A stretch of DNA of 64,000 bases from a virus (IMGVR_UViG_2703718775_000013); one strand, 5' to 3'. Positions 9,358-20,356 are shown, counted from the first letter of the stretch. Translations and numbers: made by a program. Notes: generated by a model not told the origin, from the letters alone.

Positions 9358-10550
9358 TAATCATCATCCCCGTATAGCTTGCGGGTAACTTCTTCGTCTT
9401 CCTCCTCGTCTTCGTCCAGGTCTTGTTCCAGCCATGGGTCGTTTGATGCACCTTCAGTATCAACATCTCCATAACCGCCTGTATCAACGATATCGGCGAT
9501 TTCTTCCCTACGCTGCTCAATCCACAATGCGGCATCCGCGCGGCGGTTGGCGGCCCGTTCTCGCGCAACTTTGTCCAGATCTTCAAGAGAAGGGCCACCG
9601 ACGGCTGTTTGCCTTTCCTCATCATCGGTATTGGTCTTAGGAGCACGCAGATCGGCTTTGATTTGCTCCAGCATCAGGGGCGGCACTTTCCCGCCATGCG
9701 CCTCGATGAATTCAGCTGCTTCCAGCACTGACCAGTTATTTTCACGCTTTCGTTCGTATGCCAGCTTAACAATGCCAGCTTGCCCCATAGATAAAGCGTG
9801 CTTTTCCGCCTCCCGGCTTTCTTTTCGATAGTTATTCCGGATGCTGTAAATGGTGTTGATCAGGCTGCTTATCTGCGCGGAACAGCTGTTTAGCATGCTC
9901 GCGATACGATATTCAGGCGGAGTCCCTTCATCATCGTCTTTTTGCTGATCGCGCATTTCCTGCACCAGACGAATACACGTATCCCTGGCGTTCTCCAGCA
10001 TAAGGAGATGAGAAAGAGACTTTTCCAGAAGAGTGGTTTCCAGAACATCGGCCCCGGACCGACGCAACATAGCGCGCGCGGCCTTCCGCGCTTCAACGTT
10101 ATCTATCAGGTAATCGCCAGCTTCGAATTCAAAGCGTTCACCATCATCATCCAGGGTGTCGCGTTCCAGGCGATCACGTAAGGTCCGGTGGGCGCGGGTG
10201 ATCACGTCATGATCATCAGAACGATCATTTATGCGCTTATTTTGGCGCTTCGCATTCTCGACTGCGGCACTGACAACGGCATTAACCCTTTGTTTTTCCG
10301 CTATTTCAGCCGCAATGTGATTACCTGCATGTTGATCATTAGAGTGATCAATGATCATGCTTTTTAGTGGCTTCCTGACTGGCTTATTTGGCTTGCGGCT
10401 GTCCGCTGTCCTGGTGTCTTCTTTGAAGGCACGGAGATAACGACGTGCAGTATTAGGGTTAAGATTAAACTCGGCGGCATACTGTGCGATGGTGTAACCA
10501 CCATCTCGCGCCAGGCGAGCAAAATTCTTCTTGTGATCGTCCCAGGTCAC
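9357..10550 (-). CDS. pacA: PacA, terminase small subunit carrying the pac site (397 aa)
   Basis: Acidic C-terminus; the pac GATC-hexamer clusters lie inside the ORF. Confidence 0.85.
10172..10357. other. pac: pac packaging site: two clusters of TGATCA/GATC elements about 100 bp apart
   Basis: GATC at 10172, 10210, 10223 and TGATCA at 10333, 10345, 10352. Confidence 0.75.
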
Positions 10551-10635
10551 TTATGCTTCCTTTCGTAAAAACTCTTTTTGACGCGAGGGTAACGAAAGTC
10601 ACATGTCAAAAGGCCCGGAACGGGCAAGCAATCAA

Positions 10636-11088
10636 TCAGATACGTGCGGATGTGGCATTACCGTAATGACGGTGCTGACGGGCCACCTTATTGAAAAGTT
10701 GACGCGCCATTACCCAAGGCTGGTGCTCCCGGCGTTCCTTTTCGTCCTGCGTCATATAGAGTTCGTTCTGGAGTTTTTCATCAAACCGGCGCGGAGCGCG
10801 GCTACGGCGAAAGAATTCAGGATTCAGAGAGTGGATCTGAAATCTACGTGGGCGTGTACTGTCATCAATCAAAACAGACGAATACTTAGACACAGCGATA
10901 GCCTTTAAGCGCAGATAAACATCGCGCTTATCGACATCCAGATGCGGGTATTCCTTTTCAAGAATTGCTGCGAGTTCTTTCGCTGATAGAAGAGATTTAG
11001 TGCGGATCATGTAATCCGCAATCTCGTACGATGTTATTCGTGAGTGATTTATTTCCATGAAGTGGCGTCCCTGCCAGTTAAGTAACAT
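10636..11088 (-). CDS. lpa: Lpa, late promoter activator (150 aa)
   Basis: 150-aa basic protein downstream of a C1 operator, upstream of pacA. Confidence 0.75.
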   Translation of the reverse strand: MLLNWQGRHFMEINHSRITSYEIADYMIRTKSLLSAKELAAILEKEYPHLDVDKRDVYLRLKAIAVSKYSSVLIDDSTRPRRFQIHSLNPEFFRRSRAPRRFDEKLQNELYMTQDEKERREHQPWVMARQLFNKVARQHRHYGNATSARI

Positions 11089-11158
11089 CCTGTCACCTAC
11101 TGATTAGCCCATGTCAACTAATCAACGTGGAATATAATACCCTCGATTAAAGAAATCG

Positions 11159-11175
11159 CAATACATTAGAGCAAT
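11159..11175. promoter_or_regulatory. C1 operator (14/17) upstream of lpa
   Basis: caatacattagagcaat. Confidence 0.5.
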
Positions 11176-11176
11176 T

Positions 11177-12220
11177 TTATCTAACGCTCGACGAGTGACT
11201 TGTGATAGCGCCGACTCCAAGCGCGTAATCAAAGAACAATCGTTGATGCATCGCCAGCCTACCGTGCGTCTTCTCCCAATTATCGCGGTCACGCTCAATA
11301 TCACGCTGGCATGACTGGCACAGAGGAATTGCGTAAATGTCATGCGCGCATAATCGACTATGACGAACGATATAAGGCGTAATGTGAGCGCCAGCTCCCG
11401 CCGCTCCACACCCACAGCATGGACGGGAAGCAACAAAGTCCATGTACTCAGGTAATTTTAGCGATTGCAGTTTTGGTATTTTGAAATGCGCCATGCCAGG
11501 GTCGGAGTCAACATCCACAGGGCATACTTTTGCACGCATCGGCGCGGCGCGTTCTTCCATCATCTGAACATATGCTGTAGCGCGATCGTCATACGGGCGA
11601 ATATCCGCCTCTTTCAGAGGTCCGCTATCCTGCGTTGCGGCTTTCATCTTATTTATTGATATACGGCAAACTTCTTCCGGCATCAGGTGCATCATGTTGC
11701 GCATGAAAGCCCACCAGCACAGTTCCTGAATACTTAAATCATGGCCATCTGAAAGCCCCATTTCCTGACGGGCGACATCCAGTATCCAGTTAACGCGATT
11801 ATTATGCAGCGTTTCTTTCAGCTCATTAAAACCACGCATCCGGTAATGGTTATCGTGATGCCAGCACAACAACACCGCGCTATTGTCTCGTTCTGCGTGG
11901 ACAATATGGTTGTCACACCAGCTACGATCTGCGGCCTGGCATTGCCCCTCTTTCCTGCGCAACCACGCCACCAGCGCGTCAATTCCACCAATACGGCGAA
12001 ACAGTTCATCGCTGTTAAAAAACGGCTGCAACGCCTCATTTGTTGCCATAGTTTGCTCGGAAACAACGAGGCCGTCGTCCATGTGCTCGATTAACTCACG
12101 CGGCACCGGCTCCATAATAAATTTACGGCCAGCCTCCACCAGCTTTCTGACTTCCTGATCCACTTTGAATGTGGCGACGCCAAGCTCTTTTTGTACAAAG
12201 GGAGTAATTACGGCTTTCAC
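11177..12220 (-). CDS. pdcB: PdcB-like Cys-rich protein (347 aa)
   Basis: Position downstream of doc; C-terminal CCGCG..CQSCQ cluster. Confidence 0.5.
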   Translation of the reverse strand: MKAVITPFVQKELGVATFKVDQEVRKLVEAGRKFIMEPVPRELIEHMDDGLVVSEQTMATNEALQPFFNSDELFRRIGGIDALVAWLRRKEGQCQAADRSWCDNHIVHAERDNSAVLLCWHHDNHYRMRGFNELKETLHNNRVNWILDVARQEMGLSDGHDLSIQELCWWAFMRNMMHLMPEEVCRISINKMKAATQDSGPLKEADIRPYDDRATAYVQMMEERAAPMRAKVCPVDVDSDPGMAHFKIPKLQSLKLPEYMDFVASRPCCGCGAAGAGAHITPYIVRHSRLCAHDIYAIPLCQSCQRDIERDRDNWEKTHGRLAMHQRLFFDYALGVGAITSHSSSVR

Positions 12221-12247
12221 ATCACACCTTTCATCACTGATTGGGCT

Positions 12248-12448
12248 TTATCTGCTGCCCGGCATTCTCTGTTTAAGCACAACCATTTCCTGACGGCATA
12301 ACACAGCAATAGCGGTCCTGGCACCAATTTGCTTACCAACCAGGTATTGCTTTACCTCGCGGCGACTCACGCCATCAAGAAGCATCTTTAACGCTTCACG
12401 GGACAATTTGTTGTATTTACGTGCCATTAATCTACTCCGCGGAACCAT
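12248..12448 (-). CDS. Small hypothetical protein (66 aa)
   Basis: Short basic ORF overlapping the doc stop. Confidence 0.25.
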
Positions 12449-12812
12449 ACAATCTACGTAACGTGTCGGCGACAGAAGATACAGATATCTCGCCAGTCGC
12501 AGCGCCTACAGTAAGGTCTGCCAGTTCAGGTGAATCAAATACCTGCACCCCGTTACGGCGTAGAAATAGCAGCGCGCTGTTTAGCGCGGTACGCTTATTG
12601 GCATCATTGAATATATGCCCTCTCGCTGTAGCCACCAGGTAGGTGGCGGAGACTTCGAAAAGGTCGGTGATCTCTTCGTAGGCAACTCTGGCCTGAACTC
12701 TCCCGATAATGGCCTCTGCCCTGCCCGGATCTGACATGCCAGGCAGGCCGCCGTAGCGGCTTATATTCGCATCATGAAGCGCAATAAGTTCTTCCGGTGA
12801 TATATGCCTCAT
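12432..12812 (-). CDS. doc: Doc toxin (Fic-fold kinase), 126 aa
   Basis: 126-aa ORF whose start overlaps the phd stop; recognised as P1 Doc. Confidence 0.9.
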
Positions 12813-13033
12813 TATCGGTTAACCAGTTCCTTGTTGGTGGAGTCCAGGGTGTCAAACAGGGATGCAAATTCAGCATCCAGCGCCGCTTTTTTGTAGGCTT
12901 CGAAAGTAGCCTTGCTGACAATTACTGCTGGCTCACGGCCTCTGCGGGTGATTTCAACCTCTTCCCCGGCTTCAACATTGTTGAGCACTTCAGAAAGGTT
13001 GCCGCGCGCGGTACGGAAGTTAATGGATTGCAT
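12812..13033 (-). CDS. phd: Phd antitoxin (73 aa)
   Basis: [39 protein letters not shown].. Confidence 0.9.
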
Positions 13034-13105
13034 AAACACCTCGTGTACTCGTTATGTGTACACAATTATAAACCTAACAGGCATAAAGCACCAGCCCTTT
13101 GCAGC

Positions 13106-13495
13106 TTAAATAACCGGACAATCATCAAACTCCCCACTTCGGGCATCATTGATGACATGAGTGATCACACCAAAAACAGCATTACTGCCCGTGTATCCAT
13201 CGTCATCTACTGGTAACGCCTCTTTCTTCCCGGTGCTTAAATCCTCCAGGTGCTGGCGCGGATACTTTCGGTATCTCTTTATGCGATATTCACCCTCCAT
13301 AGCGCAGACAAGCAGCGAACCATCAACCGGAGTAAGCGAGGAATCAACCACCAGCAAAGCACCCTGCAATATTCCCTCACGGTGATGGCTGTCTGCCGCC
13401 CGCATGAAGTAGGTCGCTGATGGATGCCTGATTAGTTGCTGATCAAGAGAAATTCTGCTTTCAACATAATCCGCCGCAGGAGAAGGGAAGCCCAT
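13106..13495 (-). CDS. humD: HumD, UmuD'-like protein
   Basis: GFPSPAADYVE..LDQQLIRHPSATYF..VFGVITHV parallels E. coli UmuD. Confidence 0.9.
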   Translation of the reverse strand: MGFPSPAADYVESRISLDQQLIRHPSATYFMRAADSHHREGILQGALLVVDSSLTPVDGSLLVCAMEGEYRIKRYRKYPRQHLEDLSTGKKEALPVDDDGYTGSNAVFGVITHVINDARSGEFDDCPVI

Positions 13496-13514
13496 AGCGT
13501 TTTCACCTCAATAA

Positions 13515-13534
13515 TACTGTTCATTTATACAGTA
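13515..13534. promoter_or_regulatory. LexA box upstream of humD
   Basis: TACTGTTCATTTATACAGTA fits CTGT-N8-ACAG. Confidence 0.7.
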
Positions 13535-13616
13535 TACATTAAAGAGACACCTTTGGTGCAAACTCGTTATGTACACCAACCACCGCAGATGATTTTGTGC
13601 GCTTTGCTACTATTCA

Positions 13617-13895
13617 TCACCAATGGATCAGCGTAATCTCATTGCCAATCTGCAGAATTTTATCCACCAGCGATGTGATTTTTTCTGCCAGGTCATCATT
13701 ACTTACCCAATCCTGGCGGGCAGCCAGAACGGGCGACAAGGCTAATATTAACTCTCGTCGTAATGATACGTTCCTTGCTACAGGCGGAATACGTGGTGCT
13801 GGTGGTGGTTTAAGCCCCTCGCTCCCTTGTATTTCTGGAGTATTCGGCTGATAGCCATTAGTTATTTTCGGCGGTATTGGACGAGGACGAAACAT
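13617..13895 (-). CDS. Hypothetical Pro-rich protein
   Basis: ORF from internal Met; operon position. Confidence 0.3.
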   Translation of the reverse strand: MFRPRPIPPKITNGYQPNTPEIQGSEGLKPPPAPRIPPVARNVSLRRELILALSPVLAARQDWVSNDDLAEKITSLVDKILQIGNEITLIHW

Positions 13896-13899
13896 CGCG

Positions 13900-14184
13900 C
13901 TACCTCCTACACTCAGGGCAGGTGTTCCCTTCCGCAAAGTAGGGGAAACTGCTATCAAGTTCATCACACCATCTGCGATGCTCGTAGCACCAAAAAGCCT
14001 CCCACGGTAAACCAAAAGACTTCATCCACCGGGACACTCGATCTGGTATATCTGCTGGTGGCAGTTCTTCTGGCAATAATTTGCCTGATAATTCCCTTTC
14101 CGCCCGCGCCAGCATTCCTTTTAGACTCGCATTCTCTTTTTCAAGAATCTCTATGCGCGCCTGTAACTCAGCTTTCGTTGGCAT
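13900..14184 (-). CDS. Hypothetical coiled-coil / Cys-ribbon protein
   Basis: ORF from internal Met MPTKAELQ..; C-terminal C-x-x-C. Confidence 0.3.
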   Translation of the reverse strand: MPTKAELQARIEILEKENASLKGMLARAERELSGKLLPEELPPADIPDRVSRWMKSFGLPWEAFWCYEHRRWCDELDSSFPYFAEGNTCPECRR

Positions 14185-14848
14185 GGCCCGCCTCATGCTT
14201 ATCAGCCACCAGCGGCAATAAAGCCCTGGCCATCTTATGAACCAATAGTGCATCAATAATGCCAAGCGTATGCCCCGGCTTAATGTTTAATGCCGCCTCA
14301 AGGTGACACCTTTCCAGGCCACTTTTCTCGGCTTGTTTATGATGATCTGGCGTAATAACGTCGCCCAAAACACGGCTAATTTTTTCTCGTAATTGCCGGG
14401 TGCCTGCACACTTGATCGCTGTATCGTGGAGACGGTTAACCAGTTCGCGATAAACATGCGGCTTAATGCGGATACGTTCACCGGTGACGCCCTTTCCTGG
14501 CGCTGGCACCGAACTATCCGGAATATCCGGATAGTTGCCAGCCTCGTAAGCTACCCGCAGCCAGTGCATGAATGTTTCAGTAGACACACAACCACAGTCC
14601 ACATCGATTTTTCCGCGTTGCTGTTCCAGCCACTGCTCAAAATTCAATCTACACGTATTACTTTCATGTTGCTCTTTTTGTCTTAAGGCCAGCACCTGTT
14701 GGGCCAGTTCCAGAACGATACCGGGTGACGCTAACCTCTCAAATTCCAATAAATAGTTTGCGTCAGGATGACAAGTAGCCTCGCCTGCAAAAAATACCAA
14801 TTGCTGTAAGTATGCTGTCGTTAGAGTAGTCATTTCTTTTTGCGCCAT
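14168..14848 (-). CDS. Hypothetical protein (226 aa)
   Basis: ORF only. Confidence 0.35.
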   Translation of the reverse strand: MAQKEMTTLTTAYLQQLVFFAGEATCHPDANYLLEFERLASPGIVLELAQQVLALRQKEQHESNTCRLNFEQWLEQQRGKIDVDCGCVSTETFMHWLRVAYEAGNYPDIPDSSVPAPGKGVTGERIRIKPHVYRELVNRLHDTAIKCAGTRQLREKISRVLGDVITPDHHKQAEKSGLERCHLEAALNIKPGHTLGIIDALLVHKMARALLPLVADKHEAGHANES

Positions 14849-15204
14849 TTCTTTTCACATTCCTTAGTCCATTTTTCAATGTTCATTTTGGCAATATCAG
14901 TCATTCCATCACCTAAGAAATACTTTTTCCGGTACGTCTTGCACTTAAACCACACTACAACAGCCACCAGCCAGAAAATAAAAGGCCATACAGCAATACC
15001 AACTCCAGCCGCGATAAAGCCCAATAGCCATAAATGAAGCTCTCCAACTTCTGTTTGCGGCAATATTCTTAAAGAATTAAACAGCAGGCTGAACGAATGG
15101 TCGTATGCATTGGCAGTATAAGACATGCAATCCATATAATTAAAGTCATAGCCTGCGGCTGCCGCCCATAATGGGCGGTCAAGAAAATGTTTTAGTGTCA
15201 TCAT
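14830..15204 (-). CDS. Hypothetical membrane protein
   Basis: Two hydrophobic segments (LWLLGFIAAGVGIAVWPFIFWLVAVVVWF). Confidence 0.35.
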   Translation of the reverse strand: MMTLKHFLDRPLWAAAAGYDFNYMDCMSYTANAYDHSFSLLFNSLRILPQTEVGELHLWLLGFIAAGVGIAVWPFIFWLVAVVVWFKCKTYRKKYFLGDGMTDIAKMNIEKWTKECEKKWRKKK

Positions 15205-15210
15205 ATAAAT

Positions 15211-15600
15211 TTAAGGTTCAGACCAGTTATCTTCAATAGCAATGCTTAATCTTTGTAGCCATTCTGCTAATTTCAGCATTGCTTCTCTTTCGCTTAAACC
15301 ACGAGGAAAATCATCAAGCGATATTGTTGGCTTGAAGCCCCCGTAATTATCCATTTCAACGGTCAGATTTTGCTCCAGTACGGTATTCCTTACGCGGCTA
15401 TTGTGGCGAAGCAAATATACTGAACGTGATTTATTGGTTTTGTGGTCTAGCTTATATTCGGTAAGTATCATCTGGCTTTTGCCATGACTATTACCTCTCC
15501 ACATACTTACCTCACTTAATAAAACAACTCCATGCGTAGTTGATGATTTTTTCCCACGCAATATAAATCTGCACTCCGGCAGTAAAACCAAAGCCAACAA
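15211..15600 (-). CDS. Hypothetical protein
   Basis: ORF only; start uncertain. Confidence 0.3.
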   Translation of the reverse strand: MLALVLLPECRFILRGKKSSTTHGVVLLSEVSMWRGNSHGKSQMILTEYKLDHKTNKSRSVYLLRHNSRVRNTVLEQNLTVEMDNYGGFKPTISLDDFPRGLSEREAMLKLAEWLQRLSIAIEDNWSEP

Positions 15601-15682
15601 TTGCTGAAAAAATCAAAACATTTACTTTTGACATTATAAATTTTCTCTCGGTGTCGTAGGTGATAGCACCATAATTGATAAT

Positions 15683-15934
15683 TTAGTGAGTTAGCAGTTC
15701 CATTTTTTGGATGATTTCCGCATGAGCATCATCGTTATCAACACTTAACTCGTTTAATGCCTCTCGCACCACATCAACTTCTTCTGGTTGGAAGAAATCA
15801 TCTCGGTAGTCACCAAATAGAACCGAAACAAGCCTGCCACCAGCAACATCAAGATTGGCGCTAACAGGTGGCTCTTTACCATCCTCAAATTCGACTACAA
15901 AAGTTAATTTCCCCATCGTTACCACCAGCGACAA
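15683..15934 (-). CDS. Hypothetical acidic protein (83 aa)
   Basis: ORF only. Confidence 0.3.
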   Translation of the reverse strand: MSLVVTMGKLTFVVEFEDGKEPPVSANLDVAGGRLVSVLFGDYRDDFFQPEEVDVVREALNELSVDNDDAHAEIIQKMELLTH

Positions 15935-15998
15935 ATTGAATACAAACCCAGTGCTGCCGCCATCACAATTCCTACCGTTGCGAATGCTTCAGGCCAGC

Positions 15999-16727
15999 TC
16001 ATTGACCTGCCTCCTGGGGAGGTTCTGGTAGCAGCATCCAGAACAAGGCGTTCCCTAACCACGATAAAGTGCCGTCGCTCAACTCCACGTATTCCCCTTG
16101 CACCTGTCCTGCCATATACTCACCGTGCTTTGAATAAATTAAAATCCAATCATCTTGAGCGGGCATTCGCTCACTACAGCTTATCCAACCATCCGGCAAC
16201 TTGTAAGCCGTCGTTACAGGTTCGGCACCATGAAGCATGGCGGCGATGTTGTTTCTCTTGAGAAAGTTAATACTTTTCAAGGTATCTTCCTCAAGCGTCG
16301 AACCGGTGTAGCCATTGGAGCAAGTTTCAGCACGTTTATGATGGTACCTTAATGCAGCAATGCATTTTCTTATCCCGTCACGGTATATTTCCTCTTCCTC
16401 CTCAAGCTCAGCACTGATTTCGACATCCATATCGTGAAGCATTGCTCGCTGCACCTCAGTCAGGGGTACCGGCGCTGGCGGGACGGCGTAGACTTCAATA
16501 ATCCCATTATCAATAGGCCATTCTCCATCCTTGAGGTAGTCACTTGTGCCGTCAACTTGCTGTTCTGCAATGTGGAATGCACCTATTGGTTTTGCTTCCA
16601 GCGATGCCAGAGCAATTCGTGCCAGTTCTTCCGCTTCTTCTGCTGGCAGTACAACGTTGCTACCAGGTCCGTATGTTTCGCGCCACTGCTTGATTGTCAG
16701 CAGTCGCCCTTTGGTAATAGTGATCAT
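15999..16727 (-). CDS. DUF551-like phage protein
   Basis: C-terminal W/P-rich region typical of DUF551. Confidence 0.4.
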   Translation of the reverse strand: MITITKGRLLTIKQWRETYGPGSNVVLPAEEAEELARIALASLEAKPIGAFHIAEQQVDGTSDYLKDGEWPIDNGIIEVYAVPPAPVPLTEVQRAMLHDMDVEISAELEEEEEIYRDGIRKCIAALRYHHKRAETCSNGYTGSTLEEDTLKSINFLKRNNIAAMLHGAEPVTTAYKLPDGWISCSERMPAQDDWILIYSKHGEYMAGQVQGEYVELSDGTLSWLGNALFWMLLPEPPQEAGQ

Positions 16728-17239
16728 GCCGCGTTTCCTTCTTTCTTATTAACAATCACACCGTCATATATTTCATTAAGGTGCCCTCTCAACTCCATGC
16801 GCCTTAATGCAGATAACATGTAATCGCATTCAACCTGCTTATTCCCAGTAAATGGCTTATCGTCAGGATTACCCCAACAGCAATTACCCCTGGGCCATCC
16901 ATGTACTTTCCGTACTCTTCCGTTAACAACGTGAAGTAATCCCCAGCCGGGAGGTAAATCCTCAACTGAAATAATTTCCGGCTCACTAATAAAGAATCGC
17001 CAGTCGCCCATGCCAAGTGAGGGATTTTTACGGAAACGCTTTTTTCTATCTGCCAACAAGTCAGCACGAGAACACTTCGCCTCTATCAGGCATGATGCTG
17101 AATTTCTGAATCCCATAGCATCTGGCTGTTCTCCGGTACTGGTTACAGCAACAAAGCGGTCATGAAAGCAAACCTTGAACCCGTTGCGCTTAAGGAACTT
17201 GTACGCAATCTGACAGAGTTCGTGGTGTGTTAACGCCAT
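16724..17239 (-). CDS. PD-(D/E)xK nuclease-fold protein (MmcB-like)
   Basis: D..GFR..LIEAKCS motif. Confidence 0.45.
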   Translation of the reverse strand: MALTHHELCQIAYKFLKRNGFKVCFHDRFVAVTSTGEQPDAMGFRNSASCLIEAKCSRADLLADRKKRFRKNPSLGMGDWRFFISEPEIISVEDLPPGWGLLHVVNGRVRKVHGWPRGNCCWGNPDDKPFTGNKQVECDYMLSALRRMELRGHLNEIYDGVIVNKKEGNAA

Positions 17240-17240
17240 A

Positions 17241-17711
17241 TCACTCTCCTTTGATGCGAATGCTTATGATGCTGTCAGTGCATGGGGTAGAAAGCTGGGC
17301 ATCTCCAGCAATTTTCATGACCTCAACATCTGCATATCGAATACCGAGGTGTATCAGACCGGCTATGCCTGACTTAAGCCGAGCATTTTCCATAAATAGA
17401 ACTTTTGCCCGCTGTTTTTCTGCTTCAAGCTCAACGCGCAGCTTCCCTACCGTTAGCGCAATATCCTCGTTCTCCTGATCGCGGCTTTTGATGTATTGCA
17501 GGTTTCTTTCCCGTTCATCCAGTAGTGCCAGCACGGTTTCTGGTCCGGTCAGAAATTTGAAGGCGTTGAGCGCATCAATATCCACACCGTAATCTTTAAG
17601 TTCCTGTTCACTTAACAAATCATCATCAACTGGCAACATTAACAGGCGTTCCATTGCTGGAGTTGCACGTTCTGCCGCCTCACGCAGTGCCTGGTAATTA
17701 ATTTCGCTCAC
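17241..17711 (-). CDS. Ea22/ead-like protein
   Basis: INYQALREAAERATP N-terminus shared with the 18696-19298 paralogue. Confidence 0.4.
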   Translation of the reverse strand: MSEINYQALREAAERATPAMERLLMLPVDDDLLSEQELKDYGVDIDALNAFKFLTGPETVLALLDERERNLQYIKSRDQENEDIALTVGKLRVELEAEKQRAKVLFMENARLKSGIAGLIHLGIRYADVEVMKIAGDAQLSTPCTDSIISIRIKGE

Positions 17712-18412
17712 TGGTTGCCTCCTTTGCGAAGCTCTGCAGCGAAATATACAGCTGCGGAAACAATAGCTGCATGTCGGTATTCACCATCAGAAAATAAAGA
17801 ATCTCCCTTAAGTGCATTGACGATACTCTGATGATTTTTTGCCAGCATCTCCACGCCCTGCGCACGTACTTCAGCCAGAAAAGCATCGGTGGCTGGGGTT
17901 TCGATATCGTTAATTTCAGGAAGAATCTCTTCCCATGTAGCGATATCGCCATTCAAATGCCATCCGGCAATTCCACTGGAGTTATCCGCAACACCCCGAA
18001 CGGCTTCAATAGTTTCATGCATTGCCGCATTCTCCGCCGCCAGCGCCGCGCAATTACCCTCCAGCTCTGCAATGCGCTGTTTTGCGGCATCAAGTTCAAT
18101 CGATAATTTTTCCAACTGCTCTTTATGCTTCTTGTATTCCTGATATGCGTGCCAGGACTGACCTTTGCGCACACTATCAGTAATATCAGTAATCTGTTCT
18201 GGTGTTAGCGTGGTCAGTGGCTGTGCTGGGAAAATCAGCACTGTCCCGGAATCCCAATCAAAACCAGCGTGAATTGACTGAACCTCAACTGAGGGTGTTG
18301 AACCAATGCTGCCAGGCGAATGAACAACGATTGTTACATCCATATCGCGACGATGGCTGTGGTTGTTGAACAAAATACGATTCACCAACTCAGAAAATTT
18401 GGAAAATTTCAT
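17708..18412 (-). CDS. Hypothetical coiled-coil protein
   Basis: Shares the ETPATDAFLAE(V/I)RA segment with the 18696-19298 product. Confidence 0.4.
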   Translation of the reverse strand: MKFSKFSELVNRILFNNHSHRRDMDVTIVVHSPGSIGSTPSVEVQSIHAGFDWDSGTVLIFPAQPLTTLTPEQITDITDSVRKGQSWHAYQEYKKHKEQLEKLSIELDAAKQRIAELEGNCAALAAENAAMHETIEAVRGVADNSSGIAGWHLNGDIATWEEILPEINDIETPATDAFLAEVRAQGVEMLAKNHQSIVNALKGDSLFSDGEYRHAAIVSAAVYFAAELRKGGNQ

Positions 18413-18732
18413 GCTGATTCCCCTTTCTCTGCTCTCTCCTGTCGGAACATCACCATCATCAGGTCGCCTTTTGTCGCTATCCTAGCTGTTGTACCTGGTT
18501 CAATGCGGCTAAGCTCAAATGCGTCATAGAACGCTTCTAATGCCTTCTGGCGTAGTTCCTGTTTGCGCCGTTTTTTCCACTGTTTTAGGAAAATGGAACC
18601 CAGCCATCGCCATGTACGGGACATGATGAAAAGCCAACCGAGAAGTGCCAGACCGGTATTTAGGAGCGTATCGATCGTTATTGTCGTGTCGATATTCACT
18701 GGCTGCTTCCTTTGCGAATCTGTTCCGCCCAT
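18409..18732 (-). CDS. Hypothetical membrane protein
   Basis: One hydrophobic segment. Confidence 0.3.
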   Translation of the reverse strand: MGGTDSQRKQPVNIDTTITIDTLLNTGLALLGWLFIMSRTWRWLGSIFLKQWKKRRKQELRQKALEAFYDAFELSRIEPGTTARIATKGDLMMVMFRQERAEKGESA

Positions 18733-19298
18733 TCTTCAAGGGATTTCTCCGCATATTCACCAGACAGGCCATCAATCGGATGCGCTTCATTAGCCAACTC
18801 TTCTTTCGCTGACAAAATCATGCGTGTAACGTCGAAAACTTCACGCAAAGACTTATTGATAAATCCGTGATTGAACGCAGCAGCAAGACGGCTGGCGGTA
18901 TAGTTAATCCCCTCGTTGCGTGCTTCCGCACGAATTTCAGCCAGAAAAGCATCGGTAGCTGGAGTTTCGCTGTGGTGTAGGGCATCGTTGATAATCATTG
19001 CAGCAACACCAGCCTGCCCTGCATCCGTGACCGACACATGCTCAAGAGTTACGGCCATTGCGTGTTTCAGTCCGGCGTTCTCTGCCACCAGCGCCGCGAG
19101 ATTAGTCTCAAGCTCTGCAATACGGCACATAGCATCAATATTTGTGTCTTCCAGCCGCTTAATTTCATCCAGTAGTGCCAGTGCCACCGATGGCGTGAAC
19201 GCCATACGAAACGCCACAAAATTTTGATGCATAGGTTCTGTTTCTACTGCAACTGCCGCATCTCGCAGTGCCTGATAGTCAATTGTCATTCTCGCCAT
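18696..19298 (-). CDS. Ea22/ead-like protein
   Basis: IDYQALRDAAVA N-terminus, paralogue of 17241-17711. Confidence 0.4.
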   Translation of the reverse strand: MARMTIDYQALRDAAVAVETEPMHQNFVAFRMAFTPSVALALLDEIKRLEDTNIDAMCRIAELETNLAALVAENAGLKHAMAVTLEHVSVTDAGQAGVAAMIINDALHHSETPATDAFLAEIRAEARNEGINYTASRLAAAFNHGFINKSLREVFDVTRMILSAKEELANEAHPIDGLSGEYAEKSLEEWAEQIRKGSSQ

Positions 19299-19930
19299 CC
19301 TTCACAGTTGTAATCACTACAGCCTTCAAAATCATATGGGCTGTACTGCCAGGTTATTTTTCCGCAATGCGGACAATTCCAACGCACCTTCCCGCTTCGC
19401 GACTTCTTTCTTCTGTTCTGCTCTTTCAACCAGTCAGGCATGACCAAACCTGCGCCCTGAACCATTGTTCTGCGGTTAAAGTTATTGATATTGAACGTCC
19501 GACGCTTTGCTGCATCAGCAATGGAAAATGGCAACCAAACTATTCCTGGTTCGTTTTTGTTGGCGACGCTAAAGATGGTCGCTTTACTGAAGTCATCTGT
19601 TGGCAATCCACCGTGTTGAAGCCAGTAAACATCGTTGCCGTTCCAGCTACCTTTTTTGTAGGCCACATACGCAGTGCAATCTGACTCAATCAGGCTTTCT
19701 GTAGGGATGTACTGGCAATCAACGTGCCACACAGCCATTGCATCCACACTATCGGCACAAACAGGCTGATCGATATCTCGCCCACAATTCCAGGCTTTTT
19801 GGGCTTCTTCCAGCGTGTAAACATGAGCGCGATCGATATCAGAACTGTAACCATTGCCGTTATGGCAATGGAATGAGGCGTTATTACCCACAGTTTCACG
19901 CAAGCACATCATGTAAAAACGGTTACTCAC
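19286..19930 (-). CDS. Hypothetical Cys-rich protein
   Basis: ORF only. Confidence 0.35.
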   Translation of the reverse strand: MSNRFYMMCLRETVGNNASFHCHNGNGYSSDIDRAHVYTLEEAQKAWNCGRDIDQPVCADSVDAMAVWHVDCQYIPTESLIESDCTAYVAYKKGSWNGNDVYWLQHGGLPTDDFSKATIFSVANKNEPGIVWLPFSIADAAKRRTFNINNFNRRTMVQGAGLVMPDWLKEQNRRKKSRSGKVRWNCPHCGKITWQYSPYDFEGCSDYNCEGWRE

Positions 19931-20138
19931 TGGATGCCTCCCAGCAAATTTGTCTTATATAAGAACTGTTAACGCGCTTTACTTTCCCGTCGAACTCCAG
20001 TTTCTTTAGACGACGCAAAACGTATGCCGTTTTGAGTGTGCGATATTTATCCCTAAGCCAGTTGGTCACGACGTAAGTCATACAGCGCCCGTGTTCTTCC
20101 AACACCCGAACTATTTCTTCGTCGGTTGGCTTGCTCAT
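19923..20138 (-). CDS. Small hypothetical protein
   Basis: Overlapping start/stop with neighbours. Confidence 0.3.
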   Translation of the reverse strand: MSKPTDEEIVRVLEEHGRCMTYVVTNWLRDKYRTLKTAYVLRRLKKLEFDGKVKRVNSSYIRQICWEASSE

Positions 20139-20356
20139 TTTGTCGCTCCTTCAGCTTTCTCTACTTTCGCTGCCATGATTTCCAGCTTTTGTGCTGCCGA
20201 TGCCGCTAACCTGTGAAATTCTTCATCTGTTTCAACTGGAATTGGTACAAACCTGACACCAATTTGAGCAAGGCTATGCGCCATTTCGAGACTTGCTCTT
20301 AACTCTGCTGGGGATGCTTTATTCAGGCCGACTTCCTCACAAATAACTGATTGCAT
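20135..20356 (-). CDS. Small hypothetical protein
   Basis: Overlapping start/stop with neighbours. Confidence 0.3.
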   Translation of the reverse strand: MQSVICEEVGLNKASPAELRASLEMAHSLAQIGVRFVPIPVETDEEFHRLAASAAQKLEIMAAKVEKAEGATK

